A stretch of DNA of 64,000 nucleotides from a virus. The stretch covers positions 1 through 64,000 of IMG/VR virus record IMGVR_UViG_3300037420_000837; one strand, given 5' to 3'. Under the pieces are notes generated by a model, which did not search any database, was not told the DNA's origin, and was given only the letters and a program-made list of their open reading frames with translations. The position numbers and the translations under genes are program-made. This document shows positions 1 to 8,866 of the stretch, piece by piece (the first letter of the stretch is position 1; each line of letters begins with the position of its first letter).

Positions 1-269
1 CGCGGATAGGCTCGAAGCTTGGGGGCTGCGGAGCGGCTACCGGAGCAGGTTCAGGCTGCGACACAACTTGTGGTTGGGGCGTCGGCTCAGGGGTGGAGGG
101 ACTTGTTACAGTCGTCGTTGGCTCAGCAGCGAATAAATCGTCAAAGCTCAACTCCCTACCGAAGTCTTTCATGAAGTCATTCGGAGGGTTATCGTTGTAG
201 GACATTGGGTTTCCTTGTGGGTAATACCAATGACTAGGGGGTCATTGCCTTAACTAGGGTTGTGGCTAG

Positions 270-647
270 TTAAATCTTGGGTTTGCCTACTTCTTCGTAG
301 GCGGCCATGGCTTCTTTGAAAGCCAGCTCCTCGGCGTGCGAGGCGTCTTGGTGGCGATTCAGGACGGACTGGGTTTCCTTCCGTACGAAATCTTCCAGCC
401 ATCCCAGCCAGTGGACTCCACCTTGTAGGTAGGCCACATCAGCGATGTCGGAATGGCGTTCCTTGACGAGCTTGGACTGAAGCACGGCGCGTTCAAACTT
501 GAGTTTAGCCATCAGGTAGCGGAAGCCGGGGTGGTGGGCGAGTGAGACCACTGCCTGACGGGAGTCTTCATCGAGGTCCGGGATGCGTCTTCCGGGTTCG
601 ACTTCGACTACGAGAATCTTGGTTTTTGCCCTGTCGAAAAGTTTCAT
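270..647 (-). CDS. hypothetical protein
   Basis: ORF co-oriented with virion gene block; no recognisable motif. Confidence 0.45.
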   Translation of the reverse strand: MKLFDRAKTKILVVEVEPGRRIPDLDEDSRQAVVSLAHHPGFRYLMAKLKFERAVLQSKLVKERHSDIADVAYLQGGVHWLGWLEDFVRKETQSVLNRHQDASHAEELAFKEAMAAYEEVGKPKI

Positions 648-1507
648 TGGGTGAAGTAGCCTAGGCGGTCGAAGGCCACGGCGAACGGGAGACCTTTGGA
701 ATTGGTTCCGATTTGGAGTTGGCAGTGGAGACCGTCGCCCCAGTTGGAAGTGAGGGCTGATTGGCTGGTGAACTCGCCTTGGGGGATGGGATAGCGGGTT
801 CCGTCAAAGGTGAAGGCCACGTAGCCGAAGGTCTTGGAGGAGAAGTCGAACCAGTACTCCCATTGGAAGTCGTGCCAGACATTCGCGAGGGGCTTGCCGA
901 GGACTATCGGAGTGTCCTCCCAGCCTCGGTCGCCGTCGGCGTCGTTGACAATTTGGAGCACTCCGCCTTTTTGGTAGTTGATTTGGGAGCTGAGGTTGTA
1001 CTTGAAGCCCGCCTTGGTGAGCAGGGTGTCGAACTCCAGAGCCTGCATCCCGTTGGAAGCGCGGTCGTCGTGGAAGAAGCGCCCCTTGAAGATGAGCTTG
1101 CCGGAGGTCTTGTCGATGGGCCGATGGATGGCTACCAGAAATCCCGAGTAGTCGCCCGGAATGGCCCTGTTGAAGAACAGCTCAATGGCCTGCGGGGGAT
1201 AGCCAGCTTTCGAGACTTGCTGACGATATCCGTAGTCGGTGCCTTTCACAAGGCTGGAGTTCATTGGAGCAACTCCCGAGCTGACTACGAGGTCCCAGTT
1301 GAGGTGGAGGTTGGCATCACCGGTCCCCGAAACCGGTACAAGCACTTGCCCCAAGAGGTTCTTGAGGTCTGTGATGGTGGCTGATTGCAGTGCAAGCTGG
1401 TCATTTGCCAGCTTGAGTGCAGCGGTGTTAGCTTCTACAATCCTGTCTACAGCGTCCGAAACAGGCTTAAAGACGGTCTCAAGGGCTTGCTGTACTGCTG
1501 AATCCAT
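644..1507 (-). CDS. hypothetical virion protein, beta-rich/aromatic-rich (possible receptor- or carbohydrate-binding)
   Basis: 287 aa, W/Y/F/G-rich composition typical of beta-sandwich tail proteins; repeat motif copy plus AGGAG SD directly upstream of ATG at 1507. Confidence 0.45.
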   Translation of the reverse strand: MDSAVQQALETVFKPVSDAVDRIVEANTAALKLANDQLALQSATITDLKNLLGQVLVPVSGTGDANLHLNWDLVVSSGVAPMNSSLVKGTDYGYRQQVSKAGYPPQAIELFFNRAIPGDYSGFLVAIHRPIDKTSGKLIFKGRFFHDDRASNGMQALEFDTLLTKAGFKYNLSSQINYQKGGVLQIVNDADGDRGWEDTPIVLGKPLANVWHDFQWEYWFDFSSKTFGYVAFTFDGTRYPIPQGEFTSQSALTSNWGDGLHCQLQIGTNSKGLPFAVAFDRLGYFTQ

Positions 1508-1513
1508 GGGCTC

Positions 1514-1538
1514 CTAAGGGGGCTTTTAAGTCTGATGG
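1514..1538 (-). repeat. 25-nt motif copy (CATCAGAC..AAAAGCCCCCTTAG), co-oriented with gene 644..1507
   Basis: read as rc: CCATCAGACTTAAAAGCCCCCTTAGGAGCCCATG. Confidence 0.85.
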
Positions 1539-3524
1539 TTATTTGCTTGGAACCTCGCCTAGCCCACCCAACCCTAGGTCTCGGGCTCCGGTCAGGTCGC
1601 TAGCCACGGAGCGAATCTCACTCGTGAGGCCTGCGCCCTTGAAGGGGCCTGCGGGGTTGGTGGTGCGGGGGCGTCCATCGGCTCCCTTGGAGGTCTGCGG
1701 CTTAGACTGCTGGAGGCGAGCCTTGGACTCGGTTGCCAGCATACTCTCCAGCATCATCAGCTCGACTTGCTCTTTCAAGTTGGCTTGGTGCTCGGCCTGC
1801 ATCTCGTCCGGGGTTTTGACGAACTGGTCGGCGTTCGGGACCTCGAAGGCCTTGAGGAGCGCCGTGATGGCCACGTCCTCGCGGATGTACGGGCTCTGGG
1901 CAAGCAGCCCAGCCAGATTCATCAGGTTCCGTTGGCGGATGATTTTGTTGTTGGAGTAATTGGCCGCGACGATGTCGAAGTCAACCGCTCCGAGGAGTTC
2001 CTCCGGCTGCACCCATGCGAGCTTCTTGATGCCCGAGGGAGCGTCCGTGATGGTGATTTCCTCTTGGTCGGTCATGAACTGCTGACACAGGGCCGCACAC
2101 TGCGAGAGCAGCGGCTGCACGAGGTCGAGTTCAAGGTTCCGAATGAACTGCTTGAAGCGGTAGTTACCTTCCGAGATGACCTGCGAGATACCGGTGGCGG
2201 TATCGTTGCCTCCCGAGGAGCCTACACCGTGGGTGTAGAAATCCGAGATACCTGAGGTCATTTCAATCAGGCCCTTGTAGAGGGGCAGGATTTGATAATC
2301 ACCTGAGGCAGGCGTGAACGCCGGAAGCGGGAAGATGACCTTGGTGGGGTCTCCGACAACTCCAACCTTTCCGCCGGGGATGTTGAGGTTGTTCAGGGCA
2401 TCGTGGTCGATGTCGGCTTGAGTGTCGTACGCGTACCGCTTGTTGATGTTGATGTTCCAGTTATCGGAAATCATGTTCAACATCATGTCGAAGGAGTCAG
2501 CGAGGGAGCTGATGGTCTCTACAGCGCCGATTCCAAAGATTTCATTAGGAAGTTTGACGTACGAGGTATGAAGTATCGGGGGCTGTTGGTGAAGGTAAGG
2601 ATTAGGCCCGTCCCAAAGAAGGATGGGGTCACCGGTGTATAGCGCCCGTTTGTAGGACGTGATGTTAGCTCCAGTTCGTATGGAGTAACGCTGGTCTTTG
2701 TAAGCAAGGTTTTCCTTGAAATCCGCCGAGAAGGTCAGCAGGGAGCAGGTCTTTTCGGGGACGTTCCAGATTTCTGCCAGCCTTACCAGTACCTCCATCG
2801 GGTCCACATCCGGCTTGCCGTTCATCTTGATGTTGTCGACAAGCTTCTGGAGGGCGTCCGGGTAGTAAAGCTGAGGATTGACCTCAGCCTCCCGGAGCAT
2901 CTGCCCGACAGTCTTTTCGGTAAGGTGAACAATCGTGTGCCCGTCTGGGTCAACCAGCAGGTCAAACACGTCGATGGCGGTGAACTTGGGACAGCTGCGA
3001 GGGACCTTGACCTGCGTCGGGATAATCTTGGCCGGAACCGGAGCGCCGGTCTGGGGGTCAATGACCGGTTGCCCTGTGGTCGGGTCCATCAGAGGAATCG
3101 CCTGCGGCTTGGTTACGACCTCGTAGTCGTAGTCCCAGTCAACCTTGATGGCGGCGTGGCCGTAGATGCAGATGTTCCGCACCACGTCCTCAAAAACCGA
3201 AGTGAACTTCGCCTTGCGGAGTTTGTACTTGAGCACCATGTCAAGTGACATGGCGGCAAGGGCGTCCTGCGCTCCCCGGGGCTTGCACTCAAACCAGTCT
3301 TCGTAAGCAAAGAAGGCATCGTGCACGCGGGAGACAAGCGCCTCGACGTTCGAGTACGCGTAGCGGGAGCTCACGGAGCTCCGAGCGGTGATTTTGTCCG
3401 GAAACAGCTTCGTGTCGCGCACGCCCACGTACTGCTTGTAGTACTTCAGACGATTCGCGTCGTATTGCCTCCGGAACGTCTGGAGCCTACGCAGGGTGGT
3501 TGTAAGCTGTTGAACTCTGTCCAT
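1539..3524 (-). CDS. portal (head-tail connector) protein, putative
   Basis: 661 aa, size and acidic/disordered C-terminus typical of portal proteins, same strand block as terminase; call is by size/position, not a diagnostic motif. Confidence 0.5.
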   Translation of the reverse strand: MDRVQQLTTTLRRLQTFRRQYDANRLKYYKQYVGVRDTKLFPDKITARSSVSSRYAYSNVEALVSRVHDAFFAYEDWFECKPRGAQDALAAMSLDMVLKYKLRKAKFTSVFEDVVRNICIYGHAAIKVDWDYDYEVVTKPQAIPLMDPTTGQPVIDPQTGAPVPAKIIPTQVKVPRSCPKFTAIDVFDLLVDPDGHTIVHLTEKTVGQMLREAEVNPQLYYPDALQKLVDNIKMNGKPDVDPMEVLVRLAEIWNVPEKTCSLLTFSADFKENLAYKDQRYSIRTGANITSYKRALYTGDPILLWDGPNPYLHQQPPILHTSYVKLPNEIFGIGAVETISSLADSFDMMLNMISDNWNININKRYAYDTQADIDHDALNNLNIPGGKVGVVGDPTKVIFPLPAFTPASGDYQILPLYKGLIEMTSGISDFYTHGVGSSGGNDTATGISQVISEGNYRFKQFIRNLELDLVQPLLSQCAALCQQFMTDQEEITITDAPSGIKKLAWVQPEELLGAVDFDIVAANYSNNKIIRQRNLMNLAGLLAQSPYIREDVAITALLKAFEVPNADQFVKTPDEMQAEHQANLKEQVELMMLESMLATESKARLQQSKPQTSKGADGRPRTTNPAGPFKGAGLTSEIRSVASDLTGARDLGLGGLGEVPSK

Positions 3525-3623
3525 TAACTTTTGAAGGATTTATGAATGTACATCCCGAAGGCGATGGCTCCGAGAAGATGAAAGCTCTGGGTGACTACGA
3601 AGGTGAGGGCAGCAAGAAGGGCG

Positions 3624-3923
3624 TCAGCCATTGATTTTGAAGTTTCCTATCTCTTTGGGGGCTCGGCAAGCAGAGCAGTTTAGGAAACGGTCTCCTACGA
3701 TGAAGCCTCCTGCCGCGATGGCAAGTGCCGGAATGAGACTCTGAGTTAGCCCCAAAGCCACCCAGAAACCCAAACACATCCGACAAGTGAGTAATTCATT
3801 TATCTTCGGGTGCAGTTTCTTCAACCATCCCCGAGGCTTCTCCAGAAGGCTGCTGTTCAGCAGCACCTCCGTGAGATAGGCCTGTGCCGCGCACAAAACC
3901 ACAACTCTCGACAGCTCTTGCAT
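3624..3923 (-). CDS. small membrane protein with CxxC pairs
   Basis: hydrophobic stretches and two CxxC motifs; overlaps 3796-3923 of next gene, so true start may be internal Met (about 3779). Confidence 0.3.
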   Translation of the reverse strand: MQELSRVVVLCAAQAYLTEVLLNSSLLEKPRGWLKKLHPKINELLTCRMCLGFWVALGLTQSLIPALAIAAGGFIVGDRFLNCSACRAPKEIGNFKING

Positions 3924-4143
3924 AATCGTCCTCCCTGAACCCGACAGTCACGCTACTATCTCTGAAGTTGACCAAGATGGGAAACTGAGCAGGCCGACCG
4001 GGAAACATAACCGCGAGCCCTGTACCAATCACGGGGTCGTTCTGAGGGATGACTTCCTCGTAAGGGACTCCGCTGTTGTCGAGGTAGCGTTTTGCCCGCA
4101 TGCAATGCTCGCACCCTACAATTGAATAAAGCCTCAAAAACAT
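3796..4143 (-). CDS. glutaredoxin/NrdH-like redoxin
   Basis: N-terminal CEHC (CxxC) active-site motif in about 115 aa thioredoxin-fold-sized protein. Confidence 0.5.
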   Translation of the reverse strand: MFLRLYSIVGCEHCMRAKRYLDNSGVPYEEVIPQNDPVIGTGLAVMFPGRPAQFPILVNFRDSSVTVGFREDDYARAVESCGFVRGTGLSHGGAAEQQPSGEASGMVEETAPEDK

Positions 4144-4155
4144 ACCGTCCTCCGT

Positions 4156-5949
4156 TTAGACAGTTGAGCGCTTGTGATTGACCTTGTTTCTGACGCTCTT
4201 AGCTGCAGGAGCCGAGCGCCATTTCATGTACTCAAAACTCCAGCGGTAACACTCGTTGAATTGTTTGCCATTCCAGCCACACCCTTGACCCGGAATGTCC
4301 ATCAACATCATGTTTTGGAGCAGTGTATCCCCGCGTACTTGGTAAGTTGAATCGCCCGTTCTGGCAAACAGCCAAGCGTACATTGGAGCAATTAACAGAT
4401 TCAGAGCCTTCAAGTCTGTTCCAGCACCCGGAGGGGTGTTATAGGAAGCTTGCTTCGAGTTGTAGTACATGGCTCCGGGATAGTTCGGCAGGTTATATGC
4501 GTTGGCCCAGAGATAATCTGCCATGCGCTTGATAACCGCTCCGATTCTGGGGTCATGATATCCGGGAGTACAAGCTGAATCCTCGTAGCAAGTAATCAAC
4601 GCTTGTGCCCACAAGCCCACCATGAATGGTTGAATCCAATCAAAGGGGTCGGGACTGTCTATCCACTGGTCGGCTTTAGCGATATTGACATCTAGAATCT
4701 TTGAAAGCTTGGCTAGGCGTGAGGTGTCTCCTGTGGCTTTTATGTAAAACAGCTCGGCATTAAGTCTATAGGCTCCCTCACGAACTAGGAATGTCGGAGT
4801 AAGACCAGACCGGTCTAGATTGCCGTACACTGCCTGAGAACCTATGGCCAAATTCGAGACCCCAGTCCTAGAGTCCACGCTCCCATTAATCATCCAATCA
4901 TGGTATAAGCCATGTGGAAACACACGCCAGCCCTGCGGAGCACCATTGTTGGTGACAGTGACATAGGGTTGATAAACGTCTCTAGCCTGAGTCGCGCAAG
5001 AGTCCCATTGAGAAGGGTTACCCGTAAGTCCCCTAGTTGCGTCATACTGCTTGATGCGATTGTAGGTATACTGGCCATCATAGTACCAAGTGCCAGTCTC
5101 CACGCCAATACTGCCCGGAGTATTACACTTCGCAGCTCCGTAGGTAACCATTACATCTTCCCAGTTGTATGTGCACGCGGAAGTGCCGTCCATCTGCTTC
5201 GAGGAAGCAGTCATACACGGAATAGGAGGATACGAGGTAGGAGTCCCCAGAGCGAAGGTCGCGGGAGGCTCTACCACAATCGTCCAAGGGATATTCTTAG
5301 TTCCCGGAACTCCCCCAACAGCATCCACCTTAATGTTCATGCTGTAAGTTCCTACGGGGGTGCTTCCAGTAGTCTGCAAGACTACGTTGAAAGTTCCGCA
5401 GTCTCGGAAGTAAAAAATAGTATTCGCGCCATTCACACCTGACCCGCCGCAACCTGTAGGGGTATCCGACAAGGTGGTATTCGGAGGCATGTTCTGGAGG
5501 GTTATATTAAGGTTTTGGTTACCGCTGTCCGTTGTATCTGAGATACGGACGGGGTCAAACGTCAGAACAAGGCTTGACCCTTGATATACGTGCTTAGGTC
5601 CAAAGACATTGAACACGTAATCGTAAGCGCCTGCCGCGATTGCCGCAGGGGCCATCGAGAATGGGTTCGAGAAGACCGCCTTCGTGGTATCCGCAGTTGA
5701 CCTAGAAATCGCTTGAGAGTACCAGCCACTGGGAAATAACCCTGTAACAGTTACAGAGTGGGAGGTAGTCCCCCCTGTGTCTGTGATGGGCGTTGAGTTT
5801 CCAAACCCATCGTCATTGGCATAGGAATAAACTACCCGAGAATCCGCATCACAGTCTGTAGTCCAGTCCACACGAACAGACGTAGACGACAAGGCCGTGG
5901 TAGTCGGCCCTGAAGTGATGTTCGGGGTAGCTGCGCCGCAAGATGCCAT
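4156..5949 (-). CDS. tail-associated protein: N-terminal fibronectin-III-like domain plus putative polysaccharide-degrading (alpha/alpha-toroid-like) domain
   Basis: N-terminus TTTALSSTSVRVDWT is FN3-like; C-terminal W/Y-rich helical region resembles six-hairpin glycosidase/lyase folds; adjacent to fiber-like gene. Confidence 0.4.
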   Translation of the reverse strand: MASCGAATPNITSGPTTTALSSTSVRVDWTTDCDADSRVVYSYANDDGFGNSTPITDTGGTTSHSVTVTGLFPSGWYSQAISRSTADTTKAVFSNPFSMAPAAIAAGAYDYVFNVFGPKHVYQGSSLVLTFDPVRISDTTDSGNQNLNITLQNMPPNTTLSDTPTGCGGSGVNGANTIFYFRDCGTFNVVLQTTGSTPVGTYSMNIKVDAVGGVPGTKNIPWTIVVEPPATFALGTPTSYPPIPCMTASSKQMDGTSACTYNWEDVMVTYGAAKCNTPGSIGVETGTWYYDGQYTYNRIKQYDATRGLTGNPSQWDSCATQARDVYQPYVTVTNNGAPQGWRVFPHGLYHDWMINGSVDSRTGVSNLAIGSQAVYGNLDRSGLTPTFLVREGAYRLNAELFYIKATGDTSRLAKLSKILDVNIAKADQWIDSPDPFDWIQPFMVGLWAQALITCYEDSACTPGYHDPRIGAVIKRMADYLWANAYNLPNYPGAMYYNSKQASYNTPPGAGTDLKALNLLIAPMYAWLFARTGDSTYQVRGDTLLQNMMLMDIPGQGCGWNGKQFNECYRWSFEYMKWRSAPAAKSVRNKVNHKRSTV

Positions 5950-5953
5950 TTAG

Positions 5954-6748
5954 TTACTGAATCCTCTCAACAAGGAAGCCTTTACCGGTAAAAGCCTCGG
6001 TAGCAGCCGCGTTGAAGATGAACGCGAGGGTTTGTGAACCGGAGGTATTGACTGCGGAGGTAGCATAGCCTCCAGCGTTATTGCCACTTGCACCAATAAA
6101 TAGCGGGTCCGCAAGGATAGTCTGAGCGTTCTGGACGCCCGGGTCGTTACAAATTCTGACTCCCGCAAAGTTGGGGTTGGTGGTGCTGTTGTTGGAGTTC
6201 GCGGTGTAGGTAAACACTACCGAACCTCCAAACGACCACTTGAAAACTTTGTTGGCAGCCGTCGCAGTTGAGTTCAACCAGTCCACTGACACCCGGATAC
6301 ACGCGCCTGCAGGAATCGAAGAGATGGTGGTTGAGTAAACTGTTTGGTCAGCGGCATTTCCCGTAACGGGAGAAGTGGCTTTTTGCCAGCTTATTAACGA
6401 GCCGGAACCCAACTCCACGTAGGAGGCGTTGTTATACGAGCACTTGATACGGTGCGTGGTGGAATCTGCGTAGCAAAAAGAAACTCCCGTTGCAGGTCCC
6501 GAGGCAGGTGTAGTGCCTTCCGTCAGCTTCAGCCATCCACCTTCAGCTCCACCCGCCGTTGAGGTGAAGCTCGGAGCACTCACACCACCGCTTCCGGTAT
6601 AAGTGAGAGTCGTAGCATCATCGCTTAGAAGCGAATCGTCGACAGTTGTTGCAGCTACATATTTGGGAATTGCGTTAGTAGCACCTGAACTTACAGTTCC
6701 GCTACCACTGCCTCCGCCAGACCCGCCGCCGCCTAGAAAATTGCTCAT
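5954..6748 (-). CDS. tail fiber-like protein (Gly-rich N-terminus)
   Basis: MSNFLGGGGSGGGSGSG N-terminus, T/S/A/G-rich beta composition. Confidence 0.45.
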   Translation of the reverse strand: MSNFLGGGGSGGGSGSGTVSSGATNAIPKYVAATTVDDSLLSDDATTLTYTGSGGVSAPSFTSTAGGAEGGWLKLTEGTTPASGPATGVSFCYADSTTHRIKCSYNNASYVELGSGSLISWQKATSPVTGNAADQTVYSTTISSIPAGACIRVSVDWLNSTATAANKVFKWSFGGSVVFTYTANSNNSTTNPNFAGVRICNDPGVQNAQTILADPLFIGASGNNAGGYATSAVNTSGSQTLAFIFNAAATEAFTGKGFLVERIQ

Positions 6749-6749
6749 G

Positions 6750-7058
6750 TTAGCTCTTGAATGCCGGTGTCAGGCAGTAGTTGATAGAACTCGCCCCGGG
6801 GTTATAGAGGCGGATGCGGTCGTTCCCACGGTTGAGGTAGACCCAGAAGAGAGTGTTTGCAGGAATCCGAGTATAGGAAGCCGAAGAGGCTCCAATCTGA
6901 CCTGCGTAGCCCACGCGAATATGAATATCTCCGGTGGCCGAAAGCAAGGTCACCGAGTCTCCACCGAGCACAATATCAGCCGTGCTTGTGGTAGCAGCTA
7001 AGGAAGCAGTCGTAGGGGCACCTGCATCCAGCGCAAAAACTGCGTCCATTATTGCCAT
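6750..7058 (-). CDS. hypothetical protein
   Basis: ORF in operon-like run, ATG overlaps upstream stop. Confidence 0.4.
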   Translation of the reverse strand: MAIMDAVFALDAGAPTTASLAATTSTADIVLGGDSVTLLSATGDIHIRVGYAGQIGASSASYTRIPANTLFWVYLNRGNDRIRLYNPGASSINYCLTPAFKS

Positions 7059-7406
7059 TTAACTATCCATCTCCTCTTTATCCGGCCAAGCGTCCTTTTC
7101 AATCTCGATTTCCGGATGTTCGTAGAGCTCGAAGCCTAGAGGATTCTTTTCGCCTTTCCGTCGTTCGACCGTCTCAACGAGCTTCCGAACCACCATCTCT
7201 AGTTCCTCCATGAACTGCTTGTGCTGGGAGGGTGGCGTGTTTGCGAGCTGGGTGAAGTAATACGCTTTCCAGCAGTTCGCACAGCCTTTGGTCGGCATGG
7301 CTTTGATGTCCCCAATGTAGAAGTGTTCTTCGCACATCACGGGAACCTTGGAGGGGTCTTCAGCGAGTTGAGCTAACAGCTCACGGTCTTTGTCGGAGTA
7401 GGCCAT
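7059..7406 (-). CDS. hypothetical protein (CxxC...CxxC)
   Basis: 115 aa with Cys pairs, acidic C-terminus. Confidence 0.4.
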   Translation of the reverse strand: MAYSDKDRELLAQLAEDPSKVPVMCEEHFYIGDIKAMPTKGCANCWKAYYFTQLANTPPSQHKQFMEELEMVVRKLVETVERRKGEKNPLGFELYEHPEIEIEKDAWPDKEEMDS

Positions 7407-7597
7407 TAGAGTAAATTTTTATTGAGAATGTCGTCAGAGGCGACGAAAGCGCCGTGGGTCTCGCAGTACACAGCTTTGTCGGCGTAAACCGTCAAGGTGT
7501 GTCCGGAGTGACCTGCCGCCGTGACGGCGTGGGAGCCTCCCGTTGAGGCTTTCACGTGGGTCCCGGGGTTCTCATTTGCGCGAACTGGGCGGGGCAT
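7406..7597 (-). CDS. hypothetical small protein
   Basis: 63 aa ORF, start overlaps downstream gene stop. Confidence 0.3.
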   Translation of the reverse strand: MPRPVRANENPGTHVKASTGGSHAVTAAGHSGHTLTVYADKAVYCETHGAFVASDDILNKNLL

Positions 7598-7656
7598 AGG
7601 AATCTCCTAGAAATTGCAGGGAGCCGCTCGGAGGACAGGGCGGGGTTAGCAGCCCC

Positions 7657-7953
7657 CTACACTTGTGGATTGCGCATAGAGTCAATTTGAAACACTGCCC
7701 AAAGCGTCCGAACGCCCAGCCAGAAGCTGATAACTCTATCGCAATGAAAAGCCGCGAGCAGGATTAACATCACCACCCACGGCGCAACCAAACCGAGGAG
7801 CATCCCCGGCAGGAGGCCGAATTTCTCGCAGGCTTTGCGTATAAGAGGGTTTCTCTCCGCGTCTACCCCGCGAGCCTTTAGTCTCTTCAAACTCAGCGCT
7901 CCGTCGAGCAGAACGCCAAGAAACACTAAACCTGCAAGAATCCAGCTTGTCAT
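7657..7953 (-). CDS. small membrane protein
   Basis: 98 aa, 2-3 predicted TM helices. Confidence 0.4.
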   Translation of the reverse strand: MTSWILAGLVFLGVLLDGALSLKRLKARGVDAERNPLIRKACEKFGLLPGMLLGLVAPWVVMLILLAAFHCDRVISFWLGVRTLWAVFQIDSMRNPQV

Positions 7954-8285
7954 TAGGTCAAATCAAAATACAGATAGCTCCAGCTCCGCGAAGCGCCGTC
8001 GATTGCACCGGCGGTCACGTTCGAGAGTCGGACTTGGATGGTGTTGGCAGCCGAGACGCGGACGCCGCTGAAGGCCAATCCCGCTTCAAGGGAAGCCGGG
8101 ACGTTCAGCATAATCACATCGCCTGACTCGATGCCCTGAAGGGTCACCTGAGTTTCTGCCGAGGTCTGCGCGGTCAAGTTGGCTGGGTCAACTGTGATGC
8201 TGCCCGAGCGAATGCCCTTGACCATCAGGTCGGAGTTCTGCACGACATCCTTGAAGTGCAGGGTTACGTCTTTGAAAGTGCTCAT
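7953..8285 (-). CDS. hypothetical beta-rich small virion protein
   Basis: 110 aa, S/T/V/A-rich beta composition. Confidence 0.4.
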   Translation of the reverse strand: MSTFKDVTLHFKDVVQNSDLMVKGIRSGSITVDPANLTAQTSAETQVTLQGIESGDVIMLNVPASLEAGLAFSGVRVSAANTIQVRLSNVTAGAIDGASRSWSYLYFDLT

Positions 8286-8471
8286 TTATTTGCTCTTTTC
8301 TTCTTTGAGTAGCCTTAGGGCGGCCTTTTCGTTTGAGACCTTGAAAGCATGACAGTTGGCGTAGTCACAGGAGGTACATACGGTGAGTACGTAGACCATC
8401 CCGGAGCTTTCCACTGCCACCACCTCGGCCACGAAAATCGTATGCTGCCCCGCGCATTTGGAAGTTTTCAT
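8286..8471 (-). CDS. small CxxC protein
   Basis: 61 aa with two Cys pairs. Confidence 0.3.
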   Translation of the reverse strand: MKTSKCAGQHTIFVAEVVAVESSGMVYVLTVCTSCDYANCHAFKVSNEKAALRLLKEEKSK

Positions 8472-8491
8472 GAGTCCTCCGAAGACCCCTT

Positions 8492-8851
8492 TTACGGACG
8501 GATTTCGACAGCCAGAATCACGGTCGCAGCGTTGGCTGGAGCCGCCGAGAAGGTCACAGCCGCCTTCGACGCATCGGTCACTGCGATGTTGGTCGCGGTG
8601 ATGGTCGCGGTCGCAGTGCCACCCGTACGGCTAAACAGAATCGAGCCCGGGGTGAAGGGCAGCGTCAAAGTGCCGTCGATGAAGTTGAGGTTTGCGGTTG
8701 AAGCAGCGCCGTCGCCCACGAAGGTCGCGGTGCCACGGATAATCTTGGCCTCGCCCCCGGTTGCGCCGGAGTTCACGACGACCACGTTCGAGCCGCCAGA
8801 CGGGATAGTGCCACCTGTAATTGCAGCAAGGTTTCCACCAGTAATTGCCAT
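8492..8851 (-). CDS. hypothetical beta-rich small virion protein (Ig-like?)
   Basis: 119 aa, G/T/A-rich; immediately downstream of terL. Confidence 0.4.
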   Translation of the reverse strand: MAITGGNLAAITGGTIPSGGSNVVVVNSGATGGEAKIIRGTATFVGDGAASTANLNFIDGTLTLPFTPGSILFSRTGGTATATITATNIAVTDASKAAVTFSAAPANAATVILAVEIRP

Positions 8852-8866
8852 TTTATTGTTTTTCCT

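Noticed and set aside
761-1384. Plus-strand ORFs (761-1384, 1543-1959, 1767-2255, 8349-8888 and similar) antisense to minus-strand virion genes, and minus-strand ORFs inside plus-strand genes (e.g. 19447-20247, 23586-24473, 53617-54243)
   Set aside because: Typical spurious long frames in GC-rich DNA: low-complexity Arg/Ala/Gly/Pro-rich translations, no SD/start context, fully nested in better ORFs of the opposite strand.
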